A DNA stretch of 48,000 bases from Tolypothrix carrinoi HA7290-LM1 (lineage in GTDB: Bacteria; Cyanobacteriota; Cyanobacteriia; Cyanobacteriales; Nostocaceae), in the NCBI GenBank assembly GCA_019358935.1, contig JAHHIK010000063.1, positions 1 through 48,000 on the forward strand, given 5' to 3'. Below the pieces are notes generated by a model, which saw nothing but the letters and a program-made list of their open reading frames with translations, made no database searches and was not told where the DNA came from. Within the stretch, counting starts at the first letter, position 1, and every line of letters starts with the position of its first letter. Below are positions 18,001 through 25,790 of the stretch, in pieces. A program made the translations under genes and the position numbers.

Positions 18001-19512
18001 AAATTTATCCCTAATCCCTTTAGTGATAAGTCAGAAACACGCTTATATAAGACAGGAGATTTAGCTTGCTACTTAAGCGATGGCAAAGTCAAGTTTCTGG
18101 GTCGTATTGACAATCAAGTAAAAATTCGGGGCTTCCGCATAGAACTAGGAGAAATTGAAGCGATATTGACCAAACATCCTGCTGTTAGAGAGGTTGTAGT
18201 CGTAGGTCGAGAAATCAGCGCAGGCGACAAACGTCTAATTGCATATATTGTACCTGATGGAAATCAAACTCCGACCAGCGTTGAACTGCGCTACTTTCTT
18301 TTAGAGCAACTTCCTGAGTATATGGTGCCAACAAACTTTGTCATGCTCACTCGAATGCCTCTGACTCCTAACGGCAAGATTAATCGTCGTGCTTTGCCTG
18401 ACCCAGAGCGAAGTCTGAGCCAAGAAGAGCGTTTTGTCCCTCCTCGCAACAGACTCGAACTGGAACTGACCCAAATCTGGTCTGAAGTACTCAATGTTAA
18501 TCCAGTTGGCATTCAAGATAATTTCTTTGAGTTGGGAGGTCATTCCCTTTTAGCAGTTTCCTTAATGGCTCAGATTCAGCAGAAGCTTGGACAAATCTTA
18601 CCTTTGACAACTCTTTTTCAAGGAGCGACGGTCGAACAGCAAGCAATGCTTCTTCTAAAACAAACCGATACCCATCCTTGGTTTCCCTTAGTCGCGCTTC
18701 AGCCGAAAGGGTCGAAGCGTCCTTTGTTCTTTATCCATCCTGGTGGTGGTAGTGTCTTTAGTTACCTAGAGTTAGCTCAGTACCTGGGTACAGACCGACC
18801 GCTCTACGGACTGGAACCTAGTGGCTTCCTTAGCGGAGAGTCGCCACACTCGCAAGTCGAAGAGATGGCAGCACATTACATCAAAGCGATACAGACAGTC
18901 CAACCGAATGGTCCCTATTTGTTAGCAGGTTGGTGTATGGGGGGAGCGATCGCATTCGAGATGGCACAACAACTTCAAGCCCAAGGTCAGCAAACATCTC
19001 TGTTGGCATTAATGGAAATCTTTGATTTCTCTGCAAATTCCGACCGGCTCACAGTAGATGAAACAGCTCTTTTAGTACCTTTATTTAGAACTCACCTCTC
19101 CCTCTCGCAAGAGCAATTGCAACAAGTCGAAGCTAACTTGCGACAAATGGACGTTAATGAGCAGCTTGCTTATACCATAGAGCAAGCAAAGCAGCATAAC
19201 CTACAACTTCCTCTTGGTTTTGGGGTAGAACAGCTAGGTCGTCTCCTCAAGGTAAGGAAAATCCATGCTTGCGCTGCTGCGAAGTACGTTCCTCAACTTT
19301 ATTATCCAGGAAAAGTAACACTTCTCCAAGCCAACGAAGGAATCGCTGCCAACTCTAACAATCCAACCCAAGGTTGGGAGATGCTAGCCGATAAGGTAGA
19401 GCTACATTGGGTTCCGGGTAATCATCGCACAATGTTCCACGAACCTCATGTCAAAATACTTGCTGAAAAACTGCTTCTTTGTCTTGAGCAAACACAAGCA
19501 GAGGAATTATGA
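9082..19512 (+). CDS. NRPS, three modules plus thioesterase: C-A-T-C-A-T-C-A(Gly)-T-TE (predicted terminating synthetase)
   Basis: 3476 aa. C1 is HHIIADVWS (9511-), A1 YTSGSTGVPKG (10951-), and the T1 Ser is at 12154-12156. C2 is HHIIFDGWS (12730-), A2 FFTSGSTGTPKG (14155-), and the T2 Ser is at 15343-15345. C3 is HHIISDDWS (15919-), A3 YTSGSTGKPKG (17347-), and the T3 Ser is at 18544-18546. The TE begins RPLFFIHPGGG and has GWCMGG. Hand-extracted codes are A1 DIWEITADDK, A2 DARHFSLMVK and A3 DILQLGLIWK (the Gly code). An ATGA overlap joins it to the next gene. Confidence 0.95.
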   Translation: MFTPASEEVFIFPLSFAQERLWFLNQLDPNNTSYNIKSALQLDGQLNITALERAIQEIQQRHEVLRTTFKVIDGTPFQVIASASTLTLPVLELKGMAKEEKFVSVQRHISEEARKPFNLSTDFLLRISLLKLAEHSHVLQITVHHIIADVWSIGIFIQELTALYEAFCQGKLSPLPELPIQYADFAEWQRQWLSGEVLESQINYWKEQLAGAPPLLELPTDRPRPPVQTFSGSTERFQLSASLTQQIRSLSQQVGTTMFMTLLAAFALLLSRYSHQKDIIVGSSIANRNRQDIETLIGFFVNTLVLRIDLQSNPTFWELLQQVRQTTLDAYDQQDLPFEQLVEALQPERSLSHQPLFQVMFEMQNVPMGTLELSELTLTPLEPEHAIAKFDLMLTMQEVESGLLGTWEYNSDLFDAATIRRMIGHFQTLLAAIVGNPKCPVMQLPLLTDGEQQQLLVAWNDTQKDYPQDKCIHQLFEIQVEQTPEAVAVVCEGKHLTYRELNTQANGLARRLVEHKVGSETIVVLLAERSIEFLTGMMAVFKAGGAYLPLDPQYPQQRICEVLQQSQAPLVLVSNKFELVLSQAIESLSKQTRPKILRLEELCSQSKENLTVDSKPNHLAYIIYTSGSTGVPKGAMVEHQGMVNHLYAKIQDLQLTALDRIAQNARQSFDISVWQLLAALLVGGRVYIFNDEVACDPSQLLSQVEQQEITILEMVPSLLRMAIENLLSNQNQRLQLSKLRWLILTGEALPPQLCRQWFDCYPTIPMLNAYGPTECSDDVTHYFISQPPTTEVLNMPIGRAVANTRLYVLDSQLQPLPIGVTGELYVGGDGVGRGYLNNPQRTAEVFISDPFLQKPGARLYRTGDRVRYLLDGNIEFFGRIDHQVKVRGFRIELGEIEAVLTECPQVRETTVIVWEDHFGNKLLVAYVVPHQEQPTISTLRGFLRKKLPEYMVPTVFVFLEALPLTPNGKLDRRALPAPNASLSLDDNWVAPRTPTEEIIADIFLSVLKLEQVGVHNNFFELGGHSLLATQVVSRLRETFQVEMPLRTLFESPTVAELERAIASKLMTSGLVIPDIKPVSRDTEPLPLSWAQERLWFLDRLSGPNPTYNIPIAIQITGNLNVVALEQALTEIIRRHEVLRTTFPTVNGTPVQAIASPTACTLNVVDLRSINKNFQKDRVQSNATQEAQQPFDLTSDSLIRFKLLQLEEQSHVLLLTLHHIIFDGWSSEIFVRELLALYQAYIRQEPSPLFAPSIQYADFAYWQRQWLEAQVLETQLSYWKQQLGGTLPVLQLPVDNVHPATQNYKGEKQAIRLSKELTASLKALSRQEKATLFMSLLAAFKILLSRHTGQEDLIVGVPIAGRNHLGTENLIGFFINSLPLRTDLSGNPSFGQLLRKVREITLEAYQNQDIPFEKLVEQLRPERSLTRHPVFDVMFNMDNTPEVALEIPGLTFEPLDLAQPESKFWMTVFVQEVAEELNISLVYRQALFSSERMSNFLEQFEHLLQQIVVHPDRSIQSYSLITPQSRSLLPDASARLDEPDYEPVTALFAAWVEKAPRQTAIRKNGQVWTYNQLSESAHTIAQVLLSSGVQQGDVVAVYGAKSFELIASMLGVFFSGAVLLMLDSNLPDRRQQQMLQDAQAKYLLNVNTQSKQALLTKSSLEVIDVSPLFATTIENTTNCCLPTLNAGDRAYIFFTSGSTGTPKGVLGTHKGISHFLQWQRQTFEIGTFDRVAQLTSLTFDAVLRDVFLPLTSGATLCLPSQDYDLGSDRVLSWLQTEQITLVHTVPAVAQSWLTQVPFGIHLRSLRWIFFSGEPLTQTLVRQWRQTFPEAGEIINLYGATETTMVKCFYRVPKNTYAGVMPAGWALPQTQALVLNSTNQLCGIGEIGEIIIRTPFRTLGYINAIAEQQQRFVPNPDSNDPEDLLYYTGDKGRYRPDGAVEVLGRNDDQIKIRGIRIQPAEIETVLNQHPAVAESVVIATQLSAEDKRLVAYVVGTNQTFTLKDLRYFLKQHLPEFLVPSAFVVLDALPLTSNGKVNRQALPAPSLEVVTSASIKPRNPTEEVILSIFASVLKLQHLGVDDNFFEVGGHSLLATQIVSRLREAIQIEIPLRTLFEAPTVAELAQAIWALRQTTSGLVIPRIEPVSKNTDCLPLSWAQERLWFLDQLEGPGATYNMPAAVHISGQLDIVALEQALSELVRRHEILRTTFPLVNGVPVQVIAPPSATAIPLVDLRSASVEQTAEVKRLGSSETERPFDLARDFLLRVIILQLGDDSHVLLVTMHHIISDDWSIGIFIQELSTLYQAFLSKVPSPLPELPIQYADFAVWQRQWLKGEILDTQLNYWKQQLAGIPTLLDLPTDRHRPPVQTKRGSTESFELNADLAQQLKKLSQQSGTTLFMTLLAAFALLLSRYSRQEDIVLGSPIANRNRQEIEPLIGIFINTLVLRVDLQNNPTFLELLRRVRQMTLDAYAHQDLPFEQLVEALQPERSLSHHPLFQVMFVLHNAPIPTLELPGLTLTPLERKRTVAKFDLTLSMSETATGLAGTWEYNSDLFEADTIRRMIRHFQTLLESIVVNSEHPVGQLSLLTEQERHQLLVEWNNTQADYPVNKCVHHLFEEQAERTPEAIAVVFENQHLTYAELNLKANQLAHYLQSQGVTPETLVGICIKPSLEMVIGLLGILKAGGAYVPLDPEYPQERLAFMLSDSGIPVLLTTSDIKVELLKHQACLIDINKNWEIICQENRENLIGGVKPEQLVYVIYTSGSTGKPKGVQISHQSVVNFLTAMQQQPGLTNQDVLLSVTTLSFDIAALELYLPLTVGARVVLIPREVASDGIQLAQKLAKAAGEKNATVMQATPATWRLLLASGWQGSPHLKILVGGEALPQELATQLLDKGASVWNLYGPTETTIWSSVYKLKMRAKEACDADVEYIGRPIANTQFYILDRHLQPTPIGVPGELHIGGAGVARGYLNASELNTEKFIPNPFSDKSETRLYKTGDLACYLSDGKVKFLGRIDNQVKIRGFRIELGEIEAILTKHPAVREVVVVGREISAGDKRLIAYIVPDGNQTPTSVELRYFLLEQLPEYMVPTNFVMLTRMPLTPNGKINRRALPDPERSLSQEERFVPPRNRLELELTQIWSEVLNVNPVGIQDNFFELGGHSLLAVSLMAQIQQKLGQILPLTTLFQGATVEQQAMLLLKQTDTHPWFPLVALQPKGSKRPLFFIHPGGGSVFSYLELAQYLGTDRPLYGLEPSGFLSGESPHSQVEEMAAHYIKAIQTVQPNGPYLLAGWCMGGAIAFEMAQQLQAQGQQTSLLALMEIFDFSANSDRLTVDETALLVPLFRTHLSLSQEQLQQVEANLRQMDVNEQLAYTIEQAKQHNLQLPLGFGVEQLGRLLKVRKIHACAAAKYVPQLYYPGKVTLLQANEGIAANSNNPTQGWEMLADKVELHWVPGNHRTMFHEPHVKILAEKLLLCLEQTQAEEL
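18670..19509 (+). other. Type I thioesterase domain with Cys at the nucleophile position (GWCMGG)
   Basis: The alpha/beta-hydrolase TE layout reads PLFFIHPGGGSVFSY..PLYGLEP..GPYLLAGWCMGGAIAFEMA..WVPGNHRTMF. The position that is normally Ser in GxSxG is encoded by TGT at 18934-18936, in frame (residue 3285). Confidence 0.85.
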
Positions 19513-22500
19513 AAAATATGAAGTATTTGAATTATCCCCTGCAATCTCCCCATGAGTTCTTCACTTTTGTAGATATTCTGCGCCAGCGAGCAGAATGTCA
19601 GCCTGACTCAACAGCTTACATTTTCTTACAAGACGGAGAAACTGAAGAAATCAGCCTAACTTATCAAGAGTTAGACCTTTGCTCGCGGAGCATCGCCGCT
19701 CAACTTCAAAATCTGGAAGCGACGGGCGAGCGAGCACTACTTCTCTACCCACCGGGTTTGGAATTTATTTCTGCCTTTTTCGGGTGTTTGTATGCAGGGG
19801 TTGTAGCTGTTCCTGCTTATCCACCTCGGCGCAATCAGCGCATGACACGGTTGCAAGCTATTGTGGCTGACGCGCAGGCAACTTTTGCCCTGACCACGAC
19901 ATCTGTTTTAACCAATATTAAGCACAATTTAATAGAAGAACCAGAACTAGCAGCTTTGCGTTGGATAACTACTGACAATATTGCCACTAACCTAGTGGAA
20001 AATTGGCAAGTGCCGATGGTAAGCAATGATACATTGGCATTTCTCCAGTATACTTCAGGTTCTACAGGGACACCAAAAGGGGTGATGGTGAATCATGAAA
20101 ACCTGCTGCACAATGAACAAATGATACAGCAGGCATTTGGTCATTCTTCAGAAACTATCTTTGTCGGTTGGTTGCCTTTATTCCATGATATGGGACTGAT
20201 TGGGAATGTCCTGCAACCTTTGTACTTGGGTATACCAAGCATTCTCATGCCCCCAGAGGCTTTCCTGATGAAGCCTTTTCGCTGGCTGATGGCGATTTCC
20301 CGCTATAAAGCTACTACCAGTGGCGGACCGAATTTTGCTTACGATCTATGTGTTCAAAAGATTAATCCTGAACAACGGGCAAGTCTAGATTTGAGTAGCT
20401 GGGAAGTCGCTTTTAATGGAGCCGAACCAGTGCGTTGGTCAACGATAGAGCAGTTTGCTCGCACTTTTGCTGATTGTGGCTTTTCTCAAAGTGCATTTTA
20501 CCCCTGCTACGGGATGGCTGAGACAACTTTATTTGTTTCTGGGGGTTTAAAAACAAATCCACCTGTTGTCTACTCAGTTAAAGAGGCAGAACTTGAGAAA
20601 AACCGGGTGGTTGAAGCTAAGAGTGAATATGCGGGAACGAGGAAGATAGTTGGCTGTGGACAAGCGTGGTTAGATGAGAAAATCGCGATCGCTGACCCTG
20701 AATCTTTAACTCAGTGTCCAGCAGGGCAAGTGGGAGAGATTTGGGTTTCCGGATCGAGTGTAGCTGGTGGCTATTGGAATCGACCAGAGCAGACAAAACA
20801 AACTTTCCAAGCCTACTTGTCAGATACAGGCAGAGGTCCGTTTCTACGTACAGGTGATTTGGGATTTTTGCAGGATGGTGAGTTGTTCATCACCGGACGG
20901 CTCAAGGATTTGATTATCATTCGCGGTCGCAACCATTATCCCCAAGATATTGAACTAACAGTAGAAAAGTGTCACCCTGCACTGCGTCCCAACTGTGGAG
21001 CCGCGTTTTCGGTAACTCTCAACGGTCAAGAAAAACTGGCGATCGCTCAAGAGGTAGAGCGGAGTTTTCTGCGGAAACTAAACGCTAATGACGTGATTGG
21101 GGCAATTCGTCGAGCAGTAGCACAGCAGCACGATATAGAAGTTTTTCAGGTGCTGCTGCTCAGGACTGCCAGTATCCCCAAAACTTCCAGTGGCAAAGTT
21201 CAGCGCAGTGCTTGTCGGGCTGGGTTTCTAGCTGGAAACCTGAATGTGGAAGCATCTTGGTCTGCAAATCCTCAAAACCAAACAAAATTCCCGCATTTGG
21301 AAACGGAAGTAAAAGCAGAAAGTCAACAAGTGCAAACAGCATTGAGCCAGGATAAATCTTACAGTATTGAAGCTATCCAAGCTTGGTTAATTTCAAAAGT
21401 TTCAGAGCAACTGCAAGTTCTTCCAGAGGAAATAGACATTCAGCAACCCTTAGCCCAGTATGGTCTAAGTTCGATGGTTGCAGTTAGCCTTGCTGGTGTT
21501 GCTCAGGAATGGCTTGGACATAAAGTTTCTCCTACCTTATTGTACGATTATCCGACTATCGAACTTTTAGCCCAGCATCTAACAGAAAATACCTCTTCCC
21601 CATTGCCCATTGCCCATTGCCCCCCCACCAAGACGGAGGCGATCGCTATCATTGGTTTGGGCTGCCGTTTCCCCGGTGCCAATGACCCAAAAGCTTTCTG
21701 GCAGTTACTGCAAAACAAAGTGGATGCGATTACAGAAGTGCGATCGCGTTGGGATCTCAACGCATTGTATAACTCAGAACCCGCAACACCAGGGAAAATG
21801 AGTACCCGTTGGGGCGGATTTCTGGAGCAAGTAGACTCTTTCGACACCCAATTTTTCGAGATTGCGCCCCGAGAGGCAGAACGGATAGACCCTCAGCAAC
21901 GGCTGTTATTAGAGGTAGCCTGGGAAACACTGGAAAACGCTGCTGTGTCACCGAACAAATTAGCGGGTAGCCAAACTGGTGTCTTCATTGGTATCAGTAG
22001 CAATGACTATTCCCGGTTTCAGTGTGAGTCATATGCTGATATTGATGCTTACACTGGTACTGGTAATGCCTTGAGCATCGCCGCCAACCGCCTGTCCTAT
22101 GTGCTTGATTTGCGGGGACCTTCGTTAGCAGTAGATACCGCTTGCTCCTCATCCCTAGTATCCGTACACTTAGCGTGCCAAAGTTTGCAAAATAAAGAGT
22201 GCAACCAAGCTCTAGCAGGTGGGGTGAATTTAATTTTATCCCCAGAATTGACTATCACCTTTTCCCAAGCAAAGATGATGGCTGCCGATGGTCGTTGTAA
22301 GACATTCGATGCTGATGCCGACGGTTATGTGCGCTCGGAGGGCTGCGGCTTGGTACTCCTCAAGCGTCTTTCTGATGCCCAAAGCGACGGAGACAATATC
22401 CTGGCAATCATCAGAGGCTCGGCAATTAATCAAGATGGTCGCAGTAATGGGCTAACAGCGCCCAACGGACTTTCCCAGCAGGCGGTGATTCGGCAGGCAC

Positions 22501-24740
22501 TTTCAAACGCTGGTGTGACACCATCTGAACTAAGTTATGTGGAAACCCACGGTACGGGTACTGCCTTGGGAGACCCGATTGAGGTGGAGTCCCTTAAAGC
22601 AGTGCTGCTGTCAGACCAATCTGGCAACCAGCCCTGTGCCCTTGGTTCAGTCAAAGCCAATATCGGTCATTTGGAAGCTGCTGCGGGCATCGCCGGCTTA
22701 ATTAAAGTAGTACTCTCTCTACAACACGGGGAAATTCCACCCCAGTTACACCTAAACCAGTTGAATCCGCATATTTCTTTGAATGGTAGCTCATTTTACA
22801 TTCCCAAGGAGCGACAACCTTGGCTTGGCGGATCGAAGTCTCGTTTTGCAGGGGTGAGTTCATTTGGCTTCGGTGGCACCAATGCCCATGTCGTACTGGA
22901 AGAAGCACCAAATGTAGAGACGTTACATGATGTAGAGACGTTACATCTACGGTCTCTACGTGAACGTCCTCTAAACCTTTTAACGCTGTCAGCCAAAAGT
23001 GAGAAGGCGCTTTTGGAACTAGCGCAACGTTATGCGGCATTCAGTGAAACGAACCCGACTGCTTCAATTGCAGATATCTGCTTTACTGTTAATACTGGGC
23101 GATCGCATTTTGACCACCGTTTAGCCGTTGTTGCTGAATCTACCTTACATCTGCGCGAACAGCTAGATGCTTTTGCTGCCCGAAGGGAAACTGTTGGACT
23201 ATTTACGGGTCAGTTGACTAACCGCAAGCGCCCAAAAATAGCATTTCTATTTACGGGTCAGGGTTCTCAGTATATCGACATGGGACGGCAACTTTACGAC
23301 ACGCAGCCTACCTTCCGCAAAACCCTCGACCGCTGCGACGAAATTCTGCGTCCCTATTTAGAAAAGCCACTGCTGTCAGTCCTTTATCTGGACCTAAACG
23401 CAGCAGAGGAAAATACTCAATCTAAAATCGACGAAACCGCCTACACTCAACCAGCATTATTTGCTATAGAATATGCGCTCTACCAGTTATGGAAATCCTG
23501 GGGGATCGAACCTGCTGTGGTTATGGGTCATAGTGTGGGGGAATATGTCGCCGCAACTGTAGCTGGTGTATTTAGTTTGGAAGATGGTCTAAAGTTAATT
23601 GCCAAACGTGCTGCAAGAATGCAGGCTCTACCCAAAAATGGGAAAATGGTGGCAGTATTTGCGGATGAAGCACGGGTAAATTCAGCAATTCAACTTTATG
23701 CTCAGAATGTGGCGATCGCCGCTATTAATGCACCTGAAAACATTGTGATTTCTGGGAAACTGAATGCCATTGAAGCAGTAAGTGCTTCTCTGCGAGCCGA
23801 AGGCATTAAAACAAAATCTCTGCAAGTTTCCCATGCATTTCACTCGCCACTGATGGAACCCATACTAAACGATTTTACAGATGTTGCAGAGGCAGTTACT
23901 TATGCCAAACCTCATCTGCCCCTAATTTCCAACATTACTGGACAACTCGTCAATGATGACATTACTACCCCCCAATATTGGGTTCGTCACTTACGGCAGC
24001 CGGTCAAATTTGCCCAGAGCATCCAGACCTTGAACTTACATGGATGCGAAATCTTGGTAGAAATTGGACCAAAACCTGTTTTGCTGGGAATGGCACAACA
24101 ATGTCTCCCGCAAAATACAAAGCTATGCTTCTTGCCCAGTCTGCAACCAAAGCAAGAAGATTGGCAGCAGTTGCTGCACACTTTGGGGCAGATGTACGTG
24201 CAAGGAATAGAGGTCAACTGGTCTAAGTTTGATCGAGATTATCAAAGACGCAAAGTAATATTACCTACCTACCCATTTCAAAGGCAAAAATATTGGATAG
24301 AAACCAGCAATACAACCGCAAACAAACAAAAAAGTTTTCAGCCGCAAAATCAAACAAAGAAACATCCCCTTTTAGGTTATCGATTAGAAGGCTTGGCTCT
24401 TCCAAATACTTATATATGGGAAACCGAGATTGACGAGCAGTATCTTTCGTACCTAAAAGAACATCGAGTTTGGGAAACCGTACTCATGCCTCATACCGCT
24501 TATATAGAAATTGCTTTGGCTGCTGCCGAGGAAGCGTTTGATGTCAAGTCTAACCATCTAACTAATTTGAAATTACATCACCCCCTGTTTTTATCTGAGA
24601 AACGAGATCAAAAAATTCAAGTTGTCTTAGTTTCTAATTCTGATGCTTCGTTGTCTTTTCACGTATATAGCTGTCAAATCAATCAAGAATCATCCTCCCA
24701 AGGGTGGACTTTATATGCCACTGCACAGGTTCATCTTTAG
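19509..24740 (+). CDS. Loading and PKS part 1: FAAL-ACP-KS-AT(malonyl)-DH N-terminal hotdog only
   Basis: 1743 aa. The FAAL carries FVDILRQRAECQPDSTAYIFL.., YTSGSTGTPKG (20049-) and FLRTGDLGF..GRLKDLIIIRGRNHYPQDIE. The ACP is GLSSM (Ser 21471-21473). The KS has DTACSSS (Cys 22143-22145), HGTGT and NIGH. The AT has GHSVGE (Ser 23532-23534) and HAFH (23832-), the malonyl type. The DH half has HPLLG (24363-) and HRVWETVLMP (24462-). The ORF stops right after the first hotdog (..TLYATAQVHL*). Confidence 0.9.
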   Translation: MKNMKYLNYPLQSPHEFFTFVDILRQRAECQPDSTAYIFLQDGETEEISLTYQELDLCSRSIAAQLQNLEATGERALLLYPPGLEFISAFFGCLYAGVVAVPAYPPRRNQRMTRLQAIVADAQATFALTTTSVLTNIKHNLIEEPELAALRWITTDNIATNLVENWQVPMVSNDTLAFLQYTSGSTGTPKGVMVNHENLLHNEQMIQQAFGHSSETIFVGWLPLFHDMGLIGNVLQPLYLGIPSILMPPEAFLMKPFRWLMAISRYKATTSGGPNFAYDLCVQKINPEQRASLDLSSWEVAFNGAEPVRWSTIEQFARTFADCGFSQSAFYPCYGMAETTLFVSGGLKTNPPVVYSVKEAELEKNRVVEAKSEYAGTRKIVGCGQAWLDEKIAIADPESLTQCPAGQVGEIWVSGSSVAGGYWNRPEQTKQTFQAYLSDTGRGPFLRTGDLGFLQDGELFITGRLKDLIIIRGRNHYPQDIELTVEKCHPALRPNCGAAFSVTLNGQEKLAIAQEVERSFLRKLNANDVIGAIRRAVAQQHDIEVFQVLLLRTASIPKTSSGKVQRSACRAGFLAGNLNVEASWSANPQNQTKFPHLETEVKAESQQVQTALSQDKSYSIEAIQAWLISKVSEQLQVLPEEIDIQQPLAQYGLSSMVAVSLAGVAQEWLGHKVSPTLLYDYPTIELLAQHLTENTSSPLPIAHCPPTKTEAIAIIGLGCRFPGANDPKAFWQLLQNKVDAITEVRSRWDLNALYNSEPATPGKMSTRWGGFLEQVDSFDTQFFEIAPREAERIDPQQRLLLEVAWETLENAAVSPNKLAGSQTGVFIGISSNDYSRFQCESYADIDAYTGTGNALSIAANRLSYVLDLRGPSLAVDTACSSSLVSVHLACQSLQNKECNQALAGGVNLILSPELTITFSQAKMMAADGRCKTFDADADGYVRSEGCGLVLLKRLSDAQSDGDNILAIIRGSAINQDGRSNGLTAPNGLSQQAVIRQALSNAGVTPSELSYVETHGTGTALGDPIEVESLKAVLLSDQSGNQPCALGSVKANIGHLEAAAGIAGLIKVVLSLQHGEIPPQLHLNQLNPHISLNGSSFYIPKERQPWLGGSKSRFAGVSSFGFGGTNAHVVLEEAPNVETLHDVETLHLRSLRERPLNLLTLSAKSEKALLELAQRYAAFSETNPTASIADICFTVNTGRSHFDHRLAVVAESTLHLREQLDAFAARRETVGLFTGQLTNRKRPKIAFLFTGQGSQYIDMGRQLYDTQPTFRKTLDRCDEILRPYLEKPLLSVLYLDLNAAEENTQSKIDETAYTQPALFAIEYALYQLWKSWGIEPAVVMGHSVGEYVAATVAGVFSLEDGLKLIAKRAARMQALPKNGKMVAVFADEARVNSAIQLYAQNVAIAAINAPENIVISGKLNAIEAVSASLRAEGIKTKSLQVSHAFHSPLMEPILNDFTDVAEAVTYAKPHLPLISNITGQLVNDDITTPQYWVRHLRQPVKFAQSIQTLNLHGCEILVEIGPKPVLLGMAQQCLPQNTKLCFLPSLQPKQEDWQQLLHTLGQMYVQGIEVNWSKFDRDYQRRKVILPTYPFQRQKYWIETSNTTANKQKSFQPQNQTKKHPLLGYRLEGLALPNTYIWETEIDEQYLSYLKEHRVWETVLMPHTAYIEIALAAAEEAFDVKSNHLTNLKLHHPLFLSEKRDQKIQVVLVSNSDASLSFHVYSCQINQESSSQGWTLYATAQVHL
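24363..24737 (+). other. Dehydratase N-terminal hotdog subdomain at the C-terminus of the first PKS polypeptide
   Basis: HPLLGYRL..LKEHRVWETVLMPHTAYIEIALAAAE matches the DH HxxxGxxxxP region, with the catalytic His kept and Gly changed to Glu. It ends at the stop at 24738-24740. No second hotdog follows on this polypeptide. Confidence 0.75.
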
Positions 24741-24783
24741 ACAAACATATGTAAAATAAGCTTTGATATGAGAAAAATAAAGT

Positions 24784-25790
24784 ATGAAGTTCGGTTTGAT
24801 GTTTTTTGCCAGTAGTAAAGATGCTCTAATTAAAGATAAATACAGCCTGGTGATTGAAAGTGCCCAATTTGGCGATCGCCACGGGTTTTCTAGTATTTGG
24901 ACACCACAGCGGCACTTGACAAAATTTGGCAGTCTTTATCCGAATCCAGCAGTATTAAATGCAGTACTGGCAAGAGAAACTCGGCACATTAGGTTACAAG
25001 CCGGAAGTGTTGTTTTGCCAATTCACGATCCTATTCGGATTGCTGAAGAGTGGGCTGTTGTTGATAATTTGTCCGCTGGTCGAGTTGGGATATCTTTTGC
25101 TTGCGGTTGGAATCCCAATGACTTTGTTTTTTTTCCTGAGAAGTATAAAGACCGTTACAAAGAACTGTTTAACGGTATTGAGGTTGTCCGAAAACTCTGG
25201 CAAGGTGAATCTATTCAGGTGACTAATGGAAACGGAAATCAGATTGATTTCAGGATTTATCCAACACCAGTTCAACCAGAACTTCCAATTTGGATTACTG
25301 CTGCTAGTAACCCTCAAACCTTTATTAAGGCAGGAGAAATTGGTGCTAATCTTTTAACTCACCTATTAGATCAAGATATAGAAGAATTAGCCGATAAAAT
25401 TACCCTTTATCGTCAGGCACGAGCAAAGCATGGACATAATCCTGAAGGGATAGTGTCAATTATGTTACACACTTTTGTCGGTCAGGACTTTAATGTAGTT
25501 CGTGAACAAGTGCGTGTCCCTTACTGTGAATATCTCAAGTCTAATATTCGTCTACTTAAAGGTTTGGCTCAAAGTAGGGGTTCTAGATTAGATATATCTA
25601 CGCTATCTGAAAAAGACCTTGATGAGTTTGTTAACTTCTTGTTTGAAAGATTTGCCAACTCTAGAGGACTCATTGGCACACCAGAAACGTGTCTTGATTT
25701 GCTCAGGCAACTTGACAGTATTGGAGTAGATGAAGTATCCTGCCTACTTGACTTTGGTCTAAGTAAAAATCTCATTCTGGAACATCTACC
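24784..25790 (+). other. Embedded luciferase-like (FMN-dependent) monooxygenase domain
   Basis: The first roughly 335 aa of the 24784 ORF have the TIM-barrel LLM family pattern (MKFGLMFF, SIWTPQRH, RIAEEWAVVDNLSGGR-like, ELPIWITAAS). The boundaries are approximate. Confidence 0.75.

Noticed and set aside
18670-19509. A direct monobactam- or beta-lactone-type offloading, by analogy with SulM/ObiF (Cys-TE plus a Dap cassette).
   Set aside because: The module feeding the TE has the glycine code DILQLGLIWK. The C-terminal residue therefore lacks the beta-amine or beta-hydroxyl needed for four-membered ring closure. The idea is kept only as a caveat in the Cys-TE finding.
24738-24783. The interpretation that the break between the two PKS ORFs is a simple frameshift or nonsense mutation (a pseudogene).
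   Set aside because: The 43-nt spacer is AT-rich and shows no coding continuity in any frame. The downstream ORF starts with a complete LLM N-terminus (MKFGLMFF) at its own ATG. A sequencing error cannot be fully excluded without reads.
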